Below are positions 1 through 13,361 of a stretch of DNA of 64,000 nt, piece after piece; positions within the stretch are counted from its first letter, which is position 1; every line of letters begins with the position of its first letter. The notes beneath the pieces were generated by a model. That model ran no database searches, was not told the origin of the DNA, and saw only the letters and a list, made by a program, of their open reading frames with translations. Source of the DNA: Cyanophora paradoxa CCMP329. Its lineage: Eukaryota; Plantae; Glaucophyta. The position numbers and the translations under genes were made by a program. The stretch is from assembly GCA_004431415.1 (NCBI GenBank), contig QPMI01000602.1, positions 124,001 to 188,000 of the forward strand, given 5' to 3'.

Positions 1-867
1 TCCCGCCGCGAGCTCACTGGCAGCGCAGTGCCGGCATCGCGCAAGCCCCCGACTGAGATCGTGCTCATCTCGCACCTCAAGAGGCCTTTCACCGAGCCTT
101 CGGCGCGCCCAGCTGCCCTCCGTATTAGCGCGCCCTCTCATCGCTGATCCCGTACTCAGCTCCGTGAGCTCCTCTCGGGCTTTGGAAAGGTGCAGAACGT
201 ATGGCTCGACTCGATCAAGTCCAAGTGCTTCGCAACGGTGCGCCACCCCAGGCAGGCCAGCACGGCCTGCTTGCCCCTCATCCCTTTCGGCAGTTTGAGA
301 GCGCAGAGGAGGGCGCCGCGTGCCGCGAGGGGCTCTACAATCTCCTGTGGCCCCCGAGGACAGGGCAGAAGCTGCACGTGGAGTTCTTCACAGAAGCAGA
401 GGTGCACCGCTCGCGTCCAAGAACATCCCGAGCCTGAAGCCCTGTGCAGATGCAGCGCGCCATCGAAGGGAGCCAGGCATCGGCTAGCAGCGCCCCTACA
501 CGCCGCGGGCCGCAGGGCGGCGTCGCGGCAGCAGCGGCCGCTGCTGCCGCTTCCGTGCGTCCCCAGGAGGGGGCTCGCCGGGAGAGGGATGGGGGCCCAG
601 CCGCTGCCAAAGCCACACACGATCAAGGGGCGCGCCATCGCGAGGTACGCGCCACCCACGTGTGCGTTCACCTTTCCCGCTGCTGAGCTGCTGCAGCGCG
701 AGGAAGCTGCAGGGCCACGGTCGCTGGACGAGCTGTTCCGCAAGACGCGCACACGACCTCACATCTACTGGCTCCCGCTGGACCCAGCTGTGGTCGCGGC
801 CAAGCGGGCTGCACAAGCAGCCGTCACAGGCGGCTCCCCTGAGCTCGATGAGAAGGCCGCAGAGTAA
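1..867 (+). CDS. ACIN1: Acinus-like splicing factor, 3' part (RRM + RSB motif); 5' end lies outside the window
   Basis: Spliced exons read ISHLKRPFT / LRELLSGFGKVQNVWLDSIKSKCF / CREGLYNLLWP...KLHVEF and SLDELFRKTRTRPHIYWLPL (RNPS1-SAP18-binding motif); stop at 865-867. Confidence 0.85.
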
Positions 868-1154
868 TGTATTGATCTGTGTCACACAGAGGAACGTATT
901 GCATGTGCATCGCTGCGTGCACTGTGTCATGCACTGTGGCATGCTCCTCTGCATGCGCACTCGATTTTAATGCGATTTCAAGGTGGGCGGCTTGCGTTTG
1001 TTCAACTGTTCGAATTCAATTTCAATGCGCTGTGAGCGCGCAGCATTCCTCACTGCCAGTCAAATTGCAAGCTGACATCAATGAAATAAGACATTTATTT
1101 GTCTGATGGATTAAGCCATGACTATGTCCAAAACGATTGCAATCATCCGCGCCT

Positions 1155-2203
1155 CTAAGCAGCAGGAACCGGTGGAAGCAAACTGCATACGACCTCCAGC
1201 AGAGCACAAATATTCTCCTGCAGGGAGGCGCTGTCAGAGAGAATGAGCGCATTCAGAAAACAGAAATTTAAAGAACCTGCAGCTGCGTCTTCTGCCCATC
1301 TGATGCGGAGACCTTCACGAGCAAGAAGGCGACAGTGTGAGAAGGTGTGAGAAAGAGAAAATAGCAGCAGCACCTCAGAGATGGAATCCTTTGTTTTCTG
1401 AATGAGAACTCTTAAAGTGTCTCTTTCCTTGGAAAGCCTGGCTAGTCGTGTAGAGGCTCTTGACTCCTCAATCGATGCCCTGCAATCTCGCATGCGGGCA
1501 ACTTCATCTTCTGATCCGGAAACAGCCTTGTTCTCGAGCTCCGAAATGCGAGCATGCGCGGTGGCTAAGTCTTGCCCCATTGCGGTCAGAGCCCGCTCCA
1601 GGGCCGCATTGGCCTGCTTGAATGCAATTATGCGAGTCTCGCTGCGCGCCTCGGATTCCTTGAGTGCCGAAATCTCTTGTTGAAGGGTTCCAGCCCGGCG
1701 CTCAATCCGCTCATGCTCCGAGTCAAGAGCGGCCCTCAGCTGTGTATTTTTATTACAGGCGCTTCGCAGGCCAGGGCAGCGACGCACTTCAGTTTGAATT
1801 TCCAATAGTTCCTGTCGCTGCGCCGCTGCGGTTTCAATCCTTGCAAAGTTTTGAATTTGGTTTTCGCGAGTCTTCTCTAATCTGATGCCGTACGTCCGGT
1901 CAACACGCGCGCCGCAGCGCATGTGCGCGCGCGAACGTACTCCAACTGCAATTGCCTGACGCGCTCCTCGAGCTGACGCTTGTCTTCAGCGAGCGACTTG
2001 ACCTGTTCGAATTCAATGCGCTGTCAGCGCGCCGCATTGTGGCTACAGCGCCAGCGCTCCTACACCTTTTGCAGCAGGAGCAGGCTCGAAGCGTCCGGCT
2101 GGCGCACGCGAGGGGACCCATCTCGCGGCGAGTCGCAGAACGCGGTCGCGTCGATGCTGTTGCGCCGCGGCGTTGGCGACGCTGGTGCCTCCGCCTGTGC
2201 CAT
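1155..2203 (-). CDS. Hypothetical coiled-coil protein (multi-exon; 3' end approximate)
   Basis: ATG at 2203 (MAQAEAPASPTPRRNSID...), GT-AG introns, long heptad-rich exon within ORF 1155-1922. Confidence 0.55.
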
Positions 2204-2532
2204 CGCTTGCACCTTGCGATAGTGTGCTTATCGGTGTCGCTCAGCGTGCTCCGTTCAATTTACGCTTCAATCCCTCCCTGGGTTAGGCCAAGGAACCCCC
2301 AACCTCGAAACTCGAACCTCGAACTAGGCTCGAAGAGCTCGAGGGGTACACGAGCAGGGGGGAGGGGAGGGACATAGGTCGAGGCTGGGGCATGCATGCG
2401 GTGCACTTGGAGACTGACTGAGGCTACATGAGAAGGGTTACACGACCGGCTCCAGGGGGCAAGGGGGTGAAGAGACAAAGACTGGGGATTTGGTAGATGC
2501 ACGTGTGGCTGCAGGCCTGTGGGGGGCTACCA

Positions 2533-4655
2533 CTACATGCGCTCTCCAAGCTCCAGGGTGCGGGTGAACTCCTCCTCGGTGAATGCAAGAAGTCGCGCCG
2601 CCTCAATATGAACCTGCCAACATTGGCTGATGCTGCTACCAGTATAGCTATCCGTTGGGAGGGGCAACCTCGTACCTTCTGGCGCTTGAGTACATCAATC
2701 AGTTTCAACTGCTTTTTGAAAGCAAGAAGCAGCTCCGCCTGTTGCAAAGGTATCAATGCAGGACGGTATATGTATTTGCAACAATGGAATCACCTTTTGG
2801 CGTTCAAGTCGTTTAGCATCTTGTTGTGCCTTTTCCAGAGCTTTTCTGCAGTGGCTCTCAATCACCCGGGGCGCTAGCGCTGCACATACGATGCTACAGA
2901 CCTGACAGAATCGGACGTTTCTCTTCCCTGTGAACGGGCTTCTTTCAGCTGCCCCTTCAGCTTCTCCACATCTTCAAGTGCACGGTTTAACCTGCAGGTG
3001 CAAAAATAAATTCTCACAATGCTGCACTTAAAGAGGACTCGCACCGAACTTCTCGGTTTCCAGACTCGCTCTCTAGCGTCTTTTGAATGCGCTGTGCCGT
3101 ATCCAGATCCTTGATACGGTTCGAAAAAGTCACTACACTACATAGAAATACATAGAAATCACTTTTTTTGCTACTCACCTTTTTCGTCACCATAAGTTGC
3201 CGCTCAAGGAGCTCATTCTTCTTTTGAGCTTCCTCAGCTGCTCGTTTTGATTTTTCTGCAACTGCCTGCAGGTCGCTTACAGGTGAGAATTTCGTGACAG
3301 CGAAACAGGCAACGTGCTCAAACCTCCAGAGCTGCATTCGCCTTCAGAAGCTTTTGCCGCTCCTGTTGGGAGATTAAGATTTGCAAACCTTTCGAAATGT
3401 TAGAGATTAGAACTCTACCTCGGCAATCTCAGCGAGAGTCTTGCTAGTCTCCGCAAAAGTGGCGTCCTGTTGAGGTTTGTCAGCAAGAAGATGACACAAA
3501 AGTAAGCGGAAGCACCCTCTGTTTTATCTCCGAAAGTGCTGTCACGGAAAACAGTATGAGCAGAACTAGGGAGAGATACCGCCGCAGAGCAGAGTAAATA
3601 CCTCTGTCAAGCTCCTGCTGGAGAACTGCCACCTTCGCCTTTAGAAGACGCACGGCCGCCTCTGCAAAATTGGTTTGAAGGGAAACCTGGCATTCATACC
3701 ATCAGTCTCACCTGGGCCCAGTCCGTCGGAGTCTACATCAGCTGCTGCATCACGCAATGGCGAAGATCCTCTGCACCAAAAGTTGGCGAGGCATTTACAA
3801 CACAAGTCAAAAAGTCGCCTCACCTGGGCTGTGGCTCGAATTCAGTTGAAGCCGATGCTAGGACAGATGCCATCACATCTCGCTCCCGGCCAGATCGTGG
3901 CCTTTCAATCGATGCAAGCATTAAGCCTTTCATCGCCTCAGCGAAGAGAGAATCACACCTTGCTGTGGAGCTCGTTGGCGGTCTGGATGACGAGCCCTGC
4001 AAGAAACAAATAAATGTTGATTGGAGATGATCAGAAAGCCGACCGGCTAGTACCGGTCGTGGTGCAGCAACGCGAATCGGTGAAGGCGGTGCATCCGCAG
4101 AGGAAGCTGCGGACATCGGCCTGGGTCGAAGCAGGCGTGAGTCTACGGCCTCCACACTCAGCATAAACACAAAACCGAACACCGCATTGGCCCCTGCGGC
4201 GTTGCGCCGCGAGCAAGTTTTTCTTCCTGGTCACGCTGCCGTCAAAGAGATTAGCTGTGGAGGGCTCGGCAAGTTTGCCGAGCACGAACCAGCGCTGCCT
4301 CAGCTTGCCGCATCGCACTCTGCTTCTTGGCTTCCAGTTGCTCATTGAGGCGCCTGAGCATCTGTGTAAGCGTGCGTCGTCGACAAAACGAGCCGTGAGG
4401 GCTCGCCTGAGCTCCACCTCTCGCTGAGACAGCTGGCTCCCAACATCGGACCCAGCGCTTCGTATGTATGTGTCTGCGCGCAGATGAGTATTGCAGCGGC
4501 ACTCCCTGCCTCCGCCAGCGCGCTGGCCGCTCACCGCCCTCGTCCGCGTAGGTGCTCGCAGAGTACTGGCTGTTCCCTGCGCTGCCGCGATCTAAACGCG
4601 CTATACAACGCATCGACCGCAGAAGACGGAAGCGCGCACCGCTAGGGCCCTCCAT
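2533..4655 (-). CDS. TEX9: Testis-expressed protein 9-like centrosomal/ciliary coiled-coil protein
   Basis: C-terminus FKKQLKLIDVLKRQK / VHIEAARLLAFTEEEFTRTLELGERM*; N-terminal RRLNEQLEAKK; many short introns. Confidence 0.8.
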
Positions 4656-4708
4656 CAAATTCAATTTTCTTCACGGCGTACCCCGGAAGGCAGCCTAAAC
4701 TTGCAAAG

Positions 4709-7700
4709 ATGGCGGAGCCCGTCTCTGGGGCCGATTTCTTGCCCCCGTTTGCCAACTCAGCTAACAAAAAGCTTCATTTCGAGGTGCGGTGCCCCCTGCG
4801 AACGCTCCCGATGCGCCGCGCCCTCCGCCGGAGGCAACGCGCCTGGGGCACCGCTGATAGCTGTAGCATACTGTCGTCAGTCAAGCTAAGCTTTACGGGC
4901 TCTTGCGCTGTTCATGCAGTCTGTGCCAGGCTCGTCTCGCAGTCAGGGCGCCTCAGCTAACACGTACTTGCCCGCAGATCAAAGATGCAGAGAAGAGGAT
5001 CTCTATGGTGGATGTGGAGCAAGATGCAAACGCGGAGCGCGTGCGCGTCATGGAGGAGCACCTCAAGAACGTGCAGATGGAGCTGCTGAACACGCAGAGG
5101 CTCGTCGACGCAAAGAACAAGGAGATCGAAACGGAAGATCACTTGAAGCAGCTAGCCGAGCGCGAGACGGGGCGGGTCAAGTCGGATATAGTCAAACTGA
5201 CGAAGCGTGCAACCGAGCTGCAGGACCAGGTGCGCGCTATGCCGGCTGAAATTTCCATTTAAAATACCTGACGCCGCATCGTTACGGCTGCAGCTGAATA
5301 TCGTCCAAAATGCTATCTTTCGTGGCAACGAGAAGATGGATCAATTCAAGCTGCTTATGAACTGGAATCAAGAAGAGATTGAGCAGTGGGCTCTTGCTGC
5401 TCGCCAGAAGGAAGACGATAATTTAGCTCTGCAGAAGTGCGCGCAGCACTACGCCATAGCCATCCGTTTCTAAGTTCAGTGCTGCAGATATATGAGAGCA
5501 GACGAGCTCAAGCTCAAGGAGCTGAACCTTCAAATCGAGAAGCTTGCGAAGGAGGTTCAAACTAAGAAACGAGAACTGGAATCTGAGGTGAGCTGATCTG
5601 CTTGCGCCAGTTTCTCGCTCTAATCTGGCAAACAGGTCACCGAAACGCAAGCAGCACAAATAGAGCTGGACAAGACGGCTGAAGATTTCCGCCAGCTGCA
5701 CCATGAGCGGCAGGAGCTTGTAACGCAGTGGGAGGAGGCCATTAATGCTATGCAGAAGCGTGATGAAGCGATCCGCGTTGCTGGCGAACACTACGCTGAT
5801 GGCAAGGTGAACGCTCAGTATAGTCCTTGACTTGGCATGAGGACTGGATTTCGATATTCTGCTCTGCAGATGGAGCTAAAAAAACGGCAAGACGTCCTCA
5901 CCGAGAAGAGCAACTTCCTGGAGACGATGAAGGCTAACAATCGGGAAGAGGAAAGCAAGATACAGGTGCACAATTGCAAACGGGAACGTTTAGAACGACC
6001 AGCATTTCTTGCAGCAACGAACGAATAACACATGTCGTTCAGGTTCAGGAGCGCAACCTCGCGAAAATGCGCCTACAGCTGGTTGGGGACCAGCAGGCTC
6101 TGGTCACATTCCAAGATGAGGTCGAAGTCGTAAAGAACACACTCGCCAAGGTGATCTTTATCCTTGATAAGGAAAGACTGCTCTGTTTTTCGCACTGTTT
6201 AAATTGTGCCGCGATTAGGTTGCAACAGACTTGGCTGGAAAAAGAGCAGAAGTTGTCCTTCTTAGGCAAGAGTTGGAAGACAAGAAGCGGAGGTCCGCAT
6301 GACGTTGTTTTGCATATCGCTTTCACAAATTTCATGCGTGCACAGACTCGAGAAGGGCCAGAAGAGTCTCACGTATACAAAGCAGCGGCTGGAGGGTGAG
6401 ATTTCAGCAGCATCATCATTGGAGCAGCGCAGTAAAGAGGCAAGTCAGTGGTTCTGGTACACCCTGCATGCGTTGACTTTTATATGTATCAGGTGGATGA
6501 GATGCACAGGGCTGAGGAGTTAAGGCTGAAGGCCGTTGAAAAAGAGCTGAATGAGCTGAAGGAGAACATGTTCAAGCAGTCTCAAGAGCTTTTTAAGCTG
6601 CGCCAGGAGGAGGCGAACCTGATTGCCGAAATTAGTGGAGCCCAGACTGCCAACAAGAACCTCCAATTGAAAATTCACCGCTTGGATCAGGAGACCTTGA
6701 AGCAGCAAGGTGCGAAGTGCTCGTCGCTCTATGCACACACGTAATCACTGTTAGTACACACGCAGAGCTGATTTACAATGCGGAGTTCCAAATTCAGCAG
6801 CTTGAGCGGAAGGTTTGCAGAGTAGCTGTTTTGTGCCCCGATTTCCTGACACACTTCCAGGTGGCACGTGCTGGTGGTGAGCGGACAGACGAAGAGAAGA
6901 AGGCTCTGAACGCAAGGATAGCTGAACTGCAGAAGCAGTTGGATGAACAGTCTGCTCAGGTACAATTCGAACTAACAAGACCTTTTAACTGTGCTAATAT
7001 GGGGAACACAGTACACAATGCTGGTGCAGCAGTCAAAGAGGCTGGCCGATGAGCTGCGTGCAGCACGCCGTAAAGTTGCGGAGCAAGCACGTGATCGTAG
7101 TACTCTTCAGGAGAAAATTGCGGATCTCAACTTGCAGGTCAGCATTTGTTGCACAAATGAACTCTTCCATGCGCTGATTAGCGGAGTAGAATGAAACCCT
7201 TGGCCGGAAGCTCAAGCAGACCATCCGCTCGAAGGAGGACGTCATGGTACGACTTACCTACTGTCAGAAGGGGAGGAGCGATTCTAAAAGTCGTTCCGTA
7301 ACAGGTTCAGCATGACGTGCTCAAGCTTGATGTCAAACGCTTGCGGGAGCAGCTGGCCTTGCGTGCAGATGAGGTTTACGGGCTTGAAAACCGCAAGTTC
7401 CAGCTGCAGCAGTCCATGGAGCAGCGTGAAAAGGAAGTTCGTATTCTGCTCGACCAACTGAAGATGGAGCTTGTGCGCGCCATTTACTTCAGCAGTCGCG
7501 TGCTTATGCCTTCTAACCTATCCGCATGTTTAGCGATTGGCAGAGGACGAGCGTCATCGCTGCCAGATGGAGCTCAACGAAAAAAGCATGAGAGTGAGAT
7601 CCCTTTTTACTGCTCCGCATGCAATACGCCTCTGATAGGATGGGGCGGACCAGGTTGACAAGCTGGAGAAGAAGTATGAAATCATGCTATCAAGAATTCC

Positions 7701-8718
7701 GCAAGAGGAGGGTGAAGGAGAGAGGACACAAGCGTATTATGTGATCAAAGCTGCCCAAGAACGGGAAGAACTGCAACGGCATGCCTTGCATCGATATGCC
7801 ATCAATGCAAAACTTTTGGCTGACTGCCCCTTGACGTTGTGCAGGGAGGGAGATGAGCTTGATGGGAAAATCCGAAAGCTGGAGCGCGAGGTGAAAGCTC
7901 TGCAGAGTACGCTGGACAAGCTTGTGGTGGCCAACACTGAGTGCGATCGCATGGTTTTCTGCTCCCTTGCAATGCCCTTATGGTTGCTGCGTGCAGCTAT
8001 AGGACAAGCTTCCAGAGGGCAGGAACAAGCGACGAGTCCTTCACTGAAAAGCAACAGCTGGAAGAACAATATGACAAGGTCGTGCGGACAGCGAAGTACC
8101 GGAGACGTGAGCAGGAGGCTCTTGAGCAGGATGTTGGAGCTCTAGACAGCAGGCTTCAGAACCTTGCGCGAGAGGAGGGTGGACTCCGCCAGCGTGTCGC
8201 TGAAGCAGATGCTCGCCGTACCCAGCTTGAACGCGAGGTATTGCTGTTGCATGGGTGCTAGCTTCCCGCTCATTTGGGATCTGACGACAATCTCGCAGAT
8301 TGCTGAGCAGATGGAGAAGAGGGATCGTGCATCACGCACACTTCAGCGGTTGACACGAGAACTGCGGAAAGGGTCAGGGGTGTCGGAGTCGCAGCAGCTT
8401 CCAGTGGAGGTGGACATCCGCCTGCAGGAGATGAAGCTGACGTCGAAGCAAATTCTCTACGCGCTTTCGCAATTGTCGAATGACTATCCAGATGTGGCAA
8501 GCTCATTCGAGCTGGCATGTGCGGAGCATGGCATCAAGCCACCCTCACGGCCACCTTCAGTAGCAGGCGATCGTCCTGGGACACCTGGCTCTGTTCGCTC
8601 CTTGGGCAGTGCTGGATCTCGTGGCTCAGCAGGCTCGCGGCAATCTGCATCATCTCGTGTTTCGCAAGGCAGCCGAGCAGCGCCCCGCCCTGTGGCAACA
8701 GTGCAGCTTGGGTTGTAG
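4709..8718 (+). CDS. CCDC39: CCDC39/FAP59 axonemal ruler protein
   Basis: [73 protein letters not shown]; ~20 short introns. Confidence 0.92.
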
Positions 8719-8911
8719 CCTCTTTCCCATCACAGCTTCTTTCCACCACTCTGGACACTAGCCTTCAAACCCCCAATCTTGACGACCCTCCCTGTTACCA
8801 CACCCCCCTCTCGTTCACATGCCTAGTGTTGTGTCATCCACTTCCTCTCGCTCACATCCCAACACTGTTGTCCCCTGTTTCTGGCCAGAACGACATTTGA
8901 ACAGTCTTGTG

Positions 8912-10690
8912 CTAGCTACTCGATTTCATGGGTCTGCAGAACTCGGCACCCACCGGTGCACCTTCAGACGTCAGGATAGAGAGTGGATAGATCGGACCAC
9001 CCTGCCATGGCAGTTAATACTTCATCGCTCAACACTCTATCGTGCACACCTTCGCTACGTAATTGCACCAGACTCGGGGTTCCTCTCCACGTAAAGGCAG
9101 TGAATCGATCTGAAAGTCGAAACATGTCACATACTCTGAAGTACACGTTGAGTGAGTGGATAGGAAACCTGTTCAACATCAACCCAAGCAGCCCCGATGC
9201 TTTCAAAGTCTGGGATTTGCTTGGGACTCGCATCTTGATCAACGGGCTCGCCACAAAAAATTACTCTCATTCTGCAGTGTCCCTGTTCAAACATCAGAAA
9301 TCAGGTGCTAAACACTGTCGATAGAACGCACCCGATGTGGTGAGAATTCTACTCTCAAAATCCCTGTTGGTCGGACATCCACATTCGCCTCCTCGCGTGT
9401 CTCCCGAATGCATGCTGCGAGTGGCTGTTCGCCTGCATCAACGTGCCCACCAGGAAGCCTGCCACAAACTTGAGTGCCAAGCAGATTTTTGGCCTGCACG
9501 GGACATACCACCATCCCCAATCAGCAACTTCATGGACGAGCAGGAACTTTCCATCTTTTCGTCGGCAGACCATCAAAGCAAACACTGCAAAAAGGTCATC
9601 GTAGAAAAACCTAAATCGTTCAGAATGCCAACCGTAGAGTTCAGTGCCTCTGTCTCCATCACCACGAATTTCTCCTCTCCCGATTGGCCCATGTGACTCG
9701 TGCAAGTGCACGGCAAAGTTCTGTTGGGGGGGGGGGGGGGTCAAGGCATGGCTTCTCTTTCTTCGAAAAGCTCTGGCGGAAGAGCTGACCTTCTGCTCCC
9801 TTGAGCAAATCGGGCATTTCGCAGATATGTTCTTGTCCTTGCCTGGGGACAGCAGAGGTTGAATTCTCAAGGACAGCAAGACGGGAGGGAAGAAGAATGG
9901 GCACCGTGAAAAAGCGGCATATGGTGCCAAAGTTGATCCTCGGACATTCCTTGACGTCCGCAGTCTGGGCAGCGAAAGGTCTTGTCGTTCCGACTGCGAA
10001 ACGGGTTCCTTGAAGAACTTGCCGAATTTTCTATGTGCGCGTCAGTGAAAGGCATTCGAGATCGTCGAATTGCTGACCGGCGCCTCGAAGAGAGTCCGTG
10101 GCGCGCTTGAGAGCAGCGCACAGCACGTCTGGAAAGGCTCAAAAAATACAAGAATCGAAATACACGAAAAACAAATCCCTGCACCGATATCGTGTGTGTA
10201 CACGTGCGAGCCCTGCGGTGGACCAGATCAAGACCCACAGGTGCGGCGGGGCCGGCCGGAGCCGCCCCGGTGGGGGCCGACGCGCGGTGGCCGCTGAGCG
10301 CTGGAGAGACGTACGGCCCGCGACAACACTGTGCGAGAAACCGCATCGCGAGAGGCTTCCGAGGGGTCGTATGTAATGCACAGTGTCCGCTCGTTACTCC
10401 GATGCTTCGCCTCCTCCTGTGGGGGCGCGCGTCACGCCAAGAAACCAGGCGTACGTAAGATCATACGCTAGCACCAGCGTTTGCTTCACTTCAGCGAGGC
10501 TTGCAGCCCGCGCATCAAGCACGAGAATTTCGTAATCCTCGCGCTTGAGCTGATCCGCGACGAGGCCGGCGTCGAAGTTTACCATAGAGAGGGAGGCTCC
10601 CGAATCAATGGCAGCACACACTGGCTCGCGCAGGGACGGCCCGGCCGAGGCGCTGCCGTCAGCTGCAGTGACCAGCAGGACCCTCGCCAT
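8912..10690 (-). CDS. Nudix hydrolase with N-terminal C2H2-type zinc fingers (5' exons less certain)
   Basis: Nudix box LPGGHVDAGEQPLAACIRETREEANV; CPDC..LWHHMPLFH and CPIC..FAVHLHESH; tail LRGEEPRVWCNYVAK/GGPIYPLSIL. Confidence 0.75.
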
Positions 10691-10861
10691 GCGCCGGCGT
10701 AAAGCTTCGCACGCCCCCTAGGTTGTACCCCTAAAACGAGTTGACAGTTCACTCCACAAACCGCAGTGCACATCCCACGCTTGTAGCCCGGGCTTGCTAC
10801 TATACAGTACGTGTCGACGTCAACTGCTTCGCATTCCTTCAACTAGTACTGGCCACAGATG

Positions 10862-10942
10862 AGCCCCCAGGCAAAACTGTCCAGAACTAATGTACTGGCC
10901 TGGCCAGCCCCCAGGCGAAACTGTCGAGAACTAATGTTCTGG
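10862..10942. repeat. 37-bp direct repeat pair
   Basis: agcccccaggc(a/g)aaactgtc(c/g)agaactaatgt(a/t)ctgg at 10862 and 10906. Confidence 0.8.
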
Positions 10943-10971
10943 AGACAATAAAAATATGCAAATCCAGCAAC

Positions 10972-12950
10972 CTACTCGGAGCCCTTGGCCGGTGAGCCGT
11001 CATCCATGTCAGAATACGAGAGGACGGCATTCAGTTCGCCTCGGATGGCAGCCAGAAGCAGGACCGATCCAAGGCAGCAAGGAACCAGGTAGAGGAGGGC
11101 AGGCTGAGAGGAATGTGTTGAGTGAATGATTACGGGTAAAAAATGAAAAAAGTTCAGGCAGCCTTAAAAAAGTTGGGGGCACCTGGGCAGCCTTAAAAAA
11201 GTTCATGATGGCGACTGTTGCAACGAGTCCAGCAACATATCCTCCAAAGACCGTATAGAAGTACCTTGGAAGCGAGTCGGGATTGCGGGGCAGGAACCAT
11301 ACATAAGCCCAGCGAGCTTACGGCTTTGGCAGGCCATTCAGAGAAGGGCCCAATGCCGATATATGGCTCGCGGCCTTCAGAGAGCGGTCAAAAGGAGACA
11401 GCTTTTCAGTGAAAAGCACAGCACCTCATCCTTCAATGACTCCTTTGACTTGTCCTTCAACTTGTCCTTCGATTTTTCGTTCTCGTCCTTTGTCTTGTCC
11501 TTGGCACCTCCACGGGGCTTTGCGAGTGCGCGGTGCACGTCCATCCGGAGCAGCAAGGCAATGAAAACGCCTGCAGCAGCAGTCAGAGAATGGGGAATAG
11601 GAAGCGGTCGGGCACGGACCTGGAATCACGACATCCCCGAGGCCCAGCATATTGAACTGCAACAAGGCGCTCAAAAAGCACACACGGCAGCAAAGAGAAA
11701 AGACAGGGTGACGGACCTGAGGAGGGGCGGCAAGCAGATCACGGGGGAAGAGGAACTTGATCGGGGCATCAAACTTCTTGGCCACAGTGACCTGCTCATG
11801 GCTCATCTACTCTCGGCTGGAAACAAGAAGACGGAAAAAGATGTTTACCATGACATCCGTGCCGAAAACCCAGAAGATGTCATAGAAGAACTGTGAGTGC
11901 CGCTCAGGAGAATTCGGCAAATGCAGTTTGCTGGCATACCAGGCCGCAGAGGAGGATGAGACCGACCTGCATGTATATGAGGCACTGATAGCAGCTGTAA
12001 GCGAGCGGGAAGTGAATACTTTGAAGGAGCCGAGCGAGATCATTTCGATGCCTTGTATGCAGAAGGCCATCCTGGAAAGCCGAGACGTCAAGAGGAGAGA
12101 GAGAAGGCAAGAGATGAGCAGCTGCACCCAAAGAGGTTGTTGGCAGTCCAGTGCTTCTTTGCAACATACCTGGGAGGTGGCTTAGTGTTCTACCTGCTGA
12201 TTCCAAGGGCACACACCAGGCAGAAAAGGCGACCGCGAAAATCCATCGCAGCAGGTCGCCGGGGGTCGTGGAGAATTGAATGCCGGATGAGCCTGGTTTT
12301 GAACGCCAGAAAGGGATTGGGATGCAGCCCTCGATGCGGCGCTCATAGACTGCATCCGGAAGCACGTAATCGAACACAGTGGCTGATGCGCCCGCAAATG
12401 CAATGACCCCTGCGACCTGCGTAAGTGGCGATTTCGCACCCTTGTGGCGAGCTCGAGGCCCTACCAATTACTATGATGTATGCTGTGAGCAGCAAATTGA
12501 CTGCAAGGCGCGGTGTCAGGGAACACAATGGGGCGCAATGTGAGAAGAGGGACGGAGCCTCACTCAGGTCTGGGCTGAACAGCTTGAAGAGAACGTAGAG
12601 GCCAAAGAGGGCGCACGAGGCGATGAGGGGGAATCTGCACACAGGTCGCATTCCCTCAGACTTCAACAACGCATTCGATCGGATATGCGCACTTGTACGC
12701 ATCTGACTCCTGCACGACGCTTTCCGCCTTCTGCTCCTCCGGCACATGTACGCTCTTGTGCGCTGCGCGCTCAAGCGATCGGTTCGGACGCGTGCGAGCG
12801 CGTGCGCGGGCGCTCACCGCCGATGTAGATGCACGCGCAGCTGACGAGCAGCATGTGCGCTGGAACGGGTACTTGCACGAGGCTGTAAGGGAAGAACACG
12901 CTGCCGATGAGCAGGGCATGCAGGACCATGCAAAAGTCAGGCCCTGCCAT
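10972..12950 (-). CDS. SPP: Signal peptide peptidase (GxGD aspartyl protease, A22B)
   Basis: FFYDIFWVFGTDVMV, KKFDAPIK, MLGLGDVVIPG, AAQ/PALLYLVP; stop at 10972-10974. Confidence 0.92.
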
Positions 12951-13160
12951 GGCTGCTTCGGACGCGGCGCGCGCCGCTGAAGAACTTCAGATGTGGTTCG
13001 TCCCCGTGCTCCTCGTCGTTCTAGTGCTCCGCGCCGAAGCAAAGCCGGTCTGCTGCGAAGCAAAAAGCCGATGCTGAATCGCCGGCGAGGGGCTCGAGGG
13101 GATGCCAAAGCTTAAGCTGCGGTCGGGACCACGAACTGCGAGCCGTGTACCCCTTCATGA

Positions 13161-13361
13161 GAAAAGCTGTTTTTAGTCTTTTTTTGTGACCTCCTTGTTT
13201 CAAAACTCCAATTACAAAGAGTTCTTTAGCTCCAGAATTATCAGCACAATGTAATCTTGTACCGATAGTTATACCTGCTGATCTTTTTAAATATGTTTTA
13301 TTCATTTCTTAACTACTTTCAATACTACGTGGCTCTTTATTTTTGATAGTCTTCTTTCTGA
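13161..13361 (-). pseudogene. rps17-rpl14: AT-rich foreign fragment: 3' end of uS17 overlapping (ATGA) the 5' part of an archaeal-type uL14
   Basis: SERRLSKIKSHVVLKVVKK* followed by MNKTYLKRSAGITIGTRLHCADNSGAKELFVIGVLKQGGHKKRLKTAF; sharp GC drop; no introns. Confidence 0.75.
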
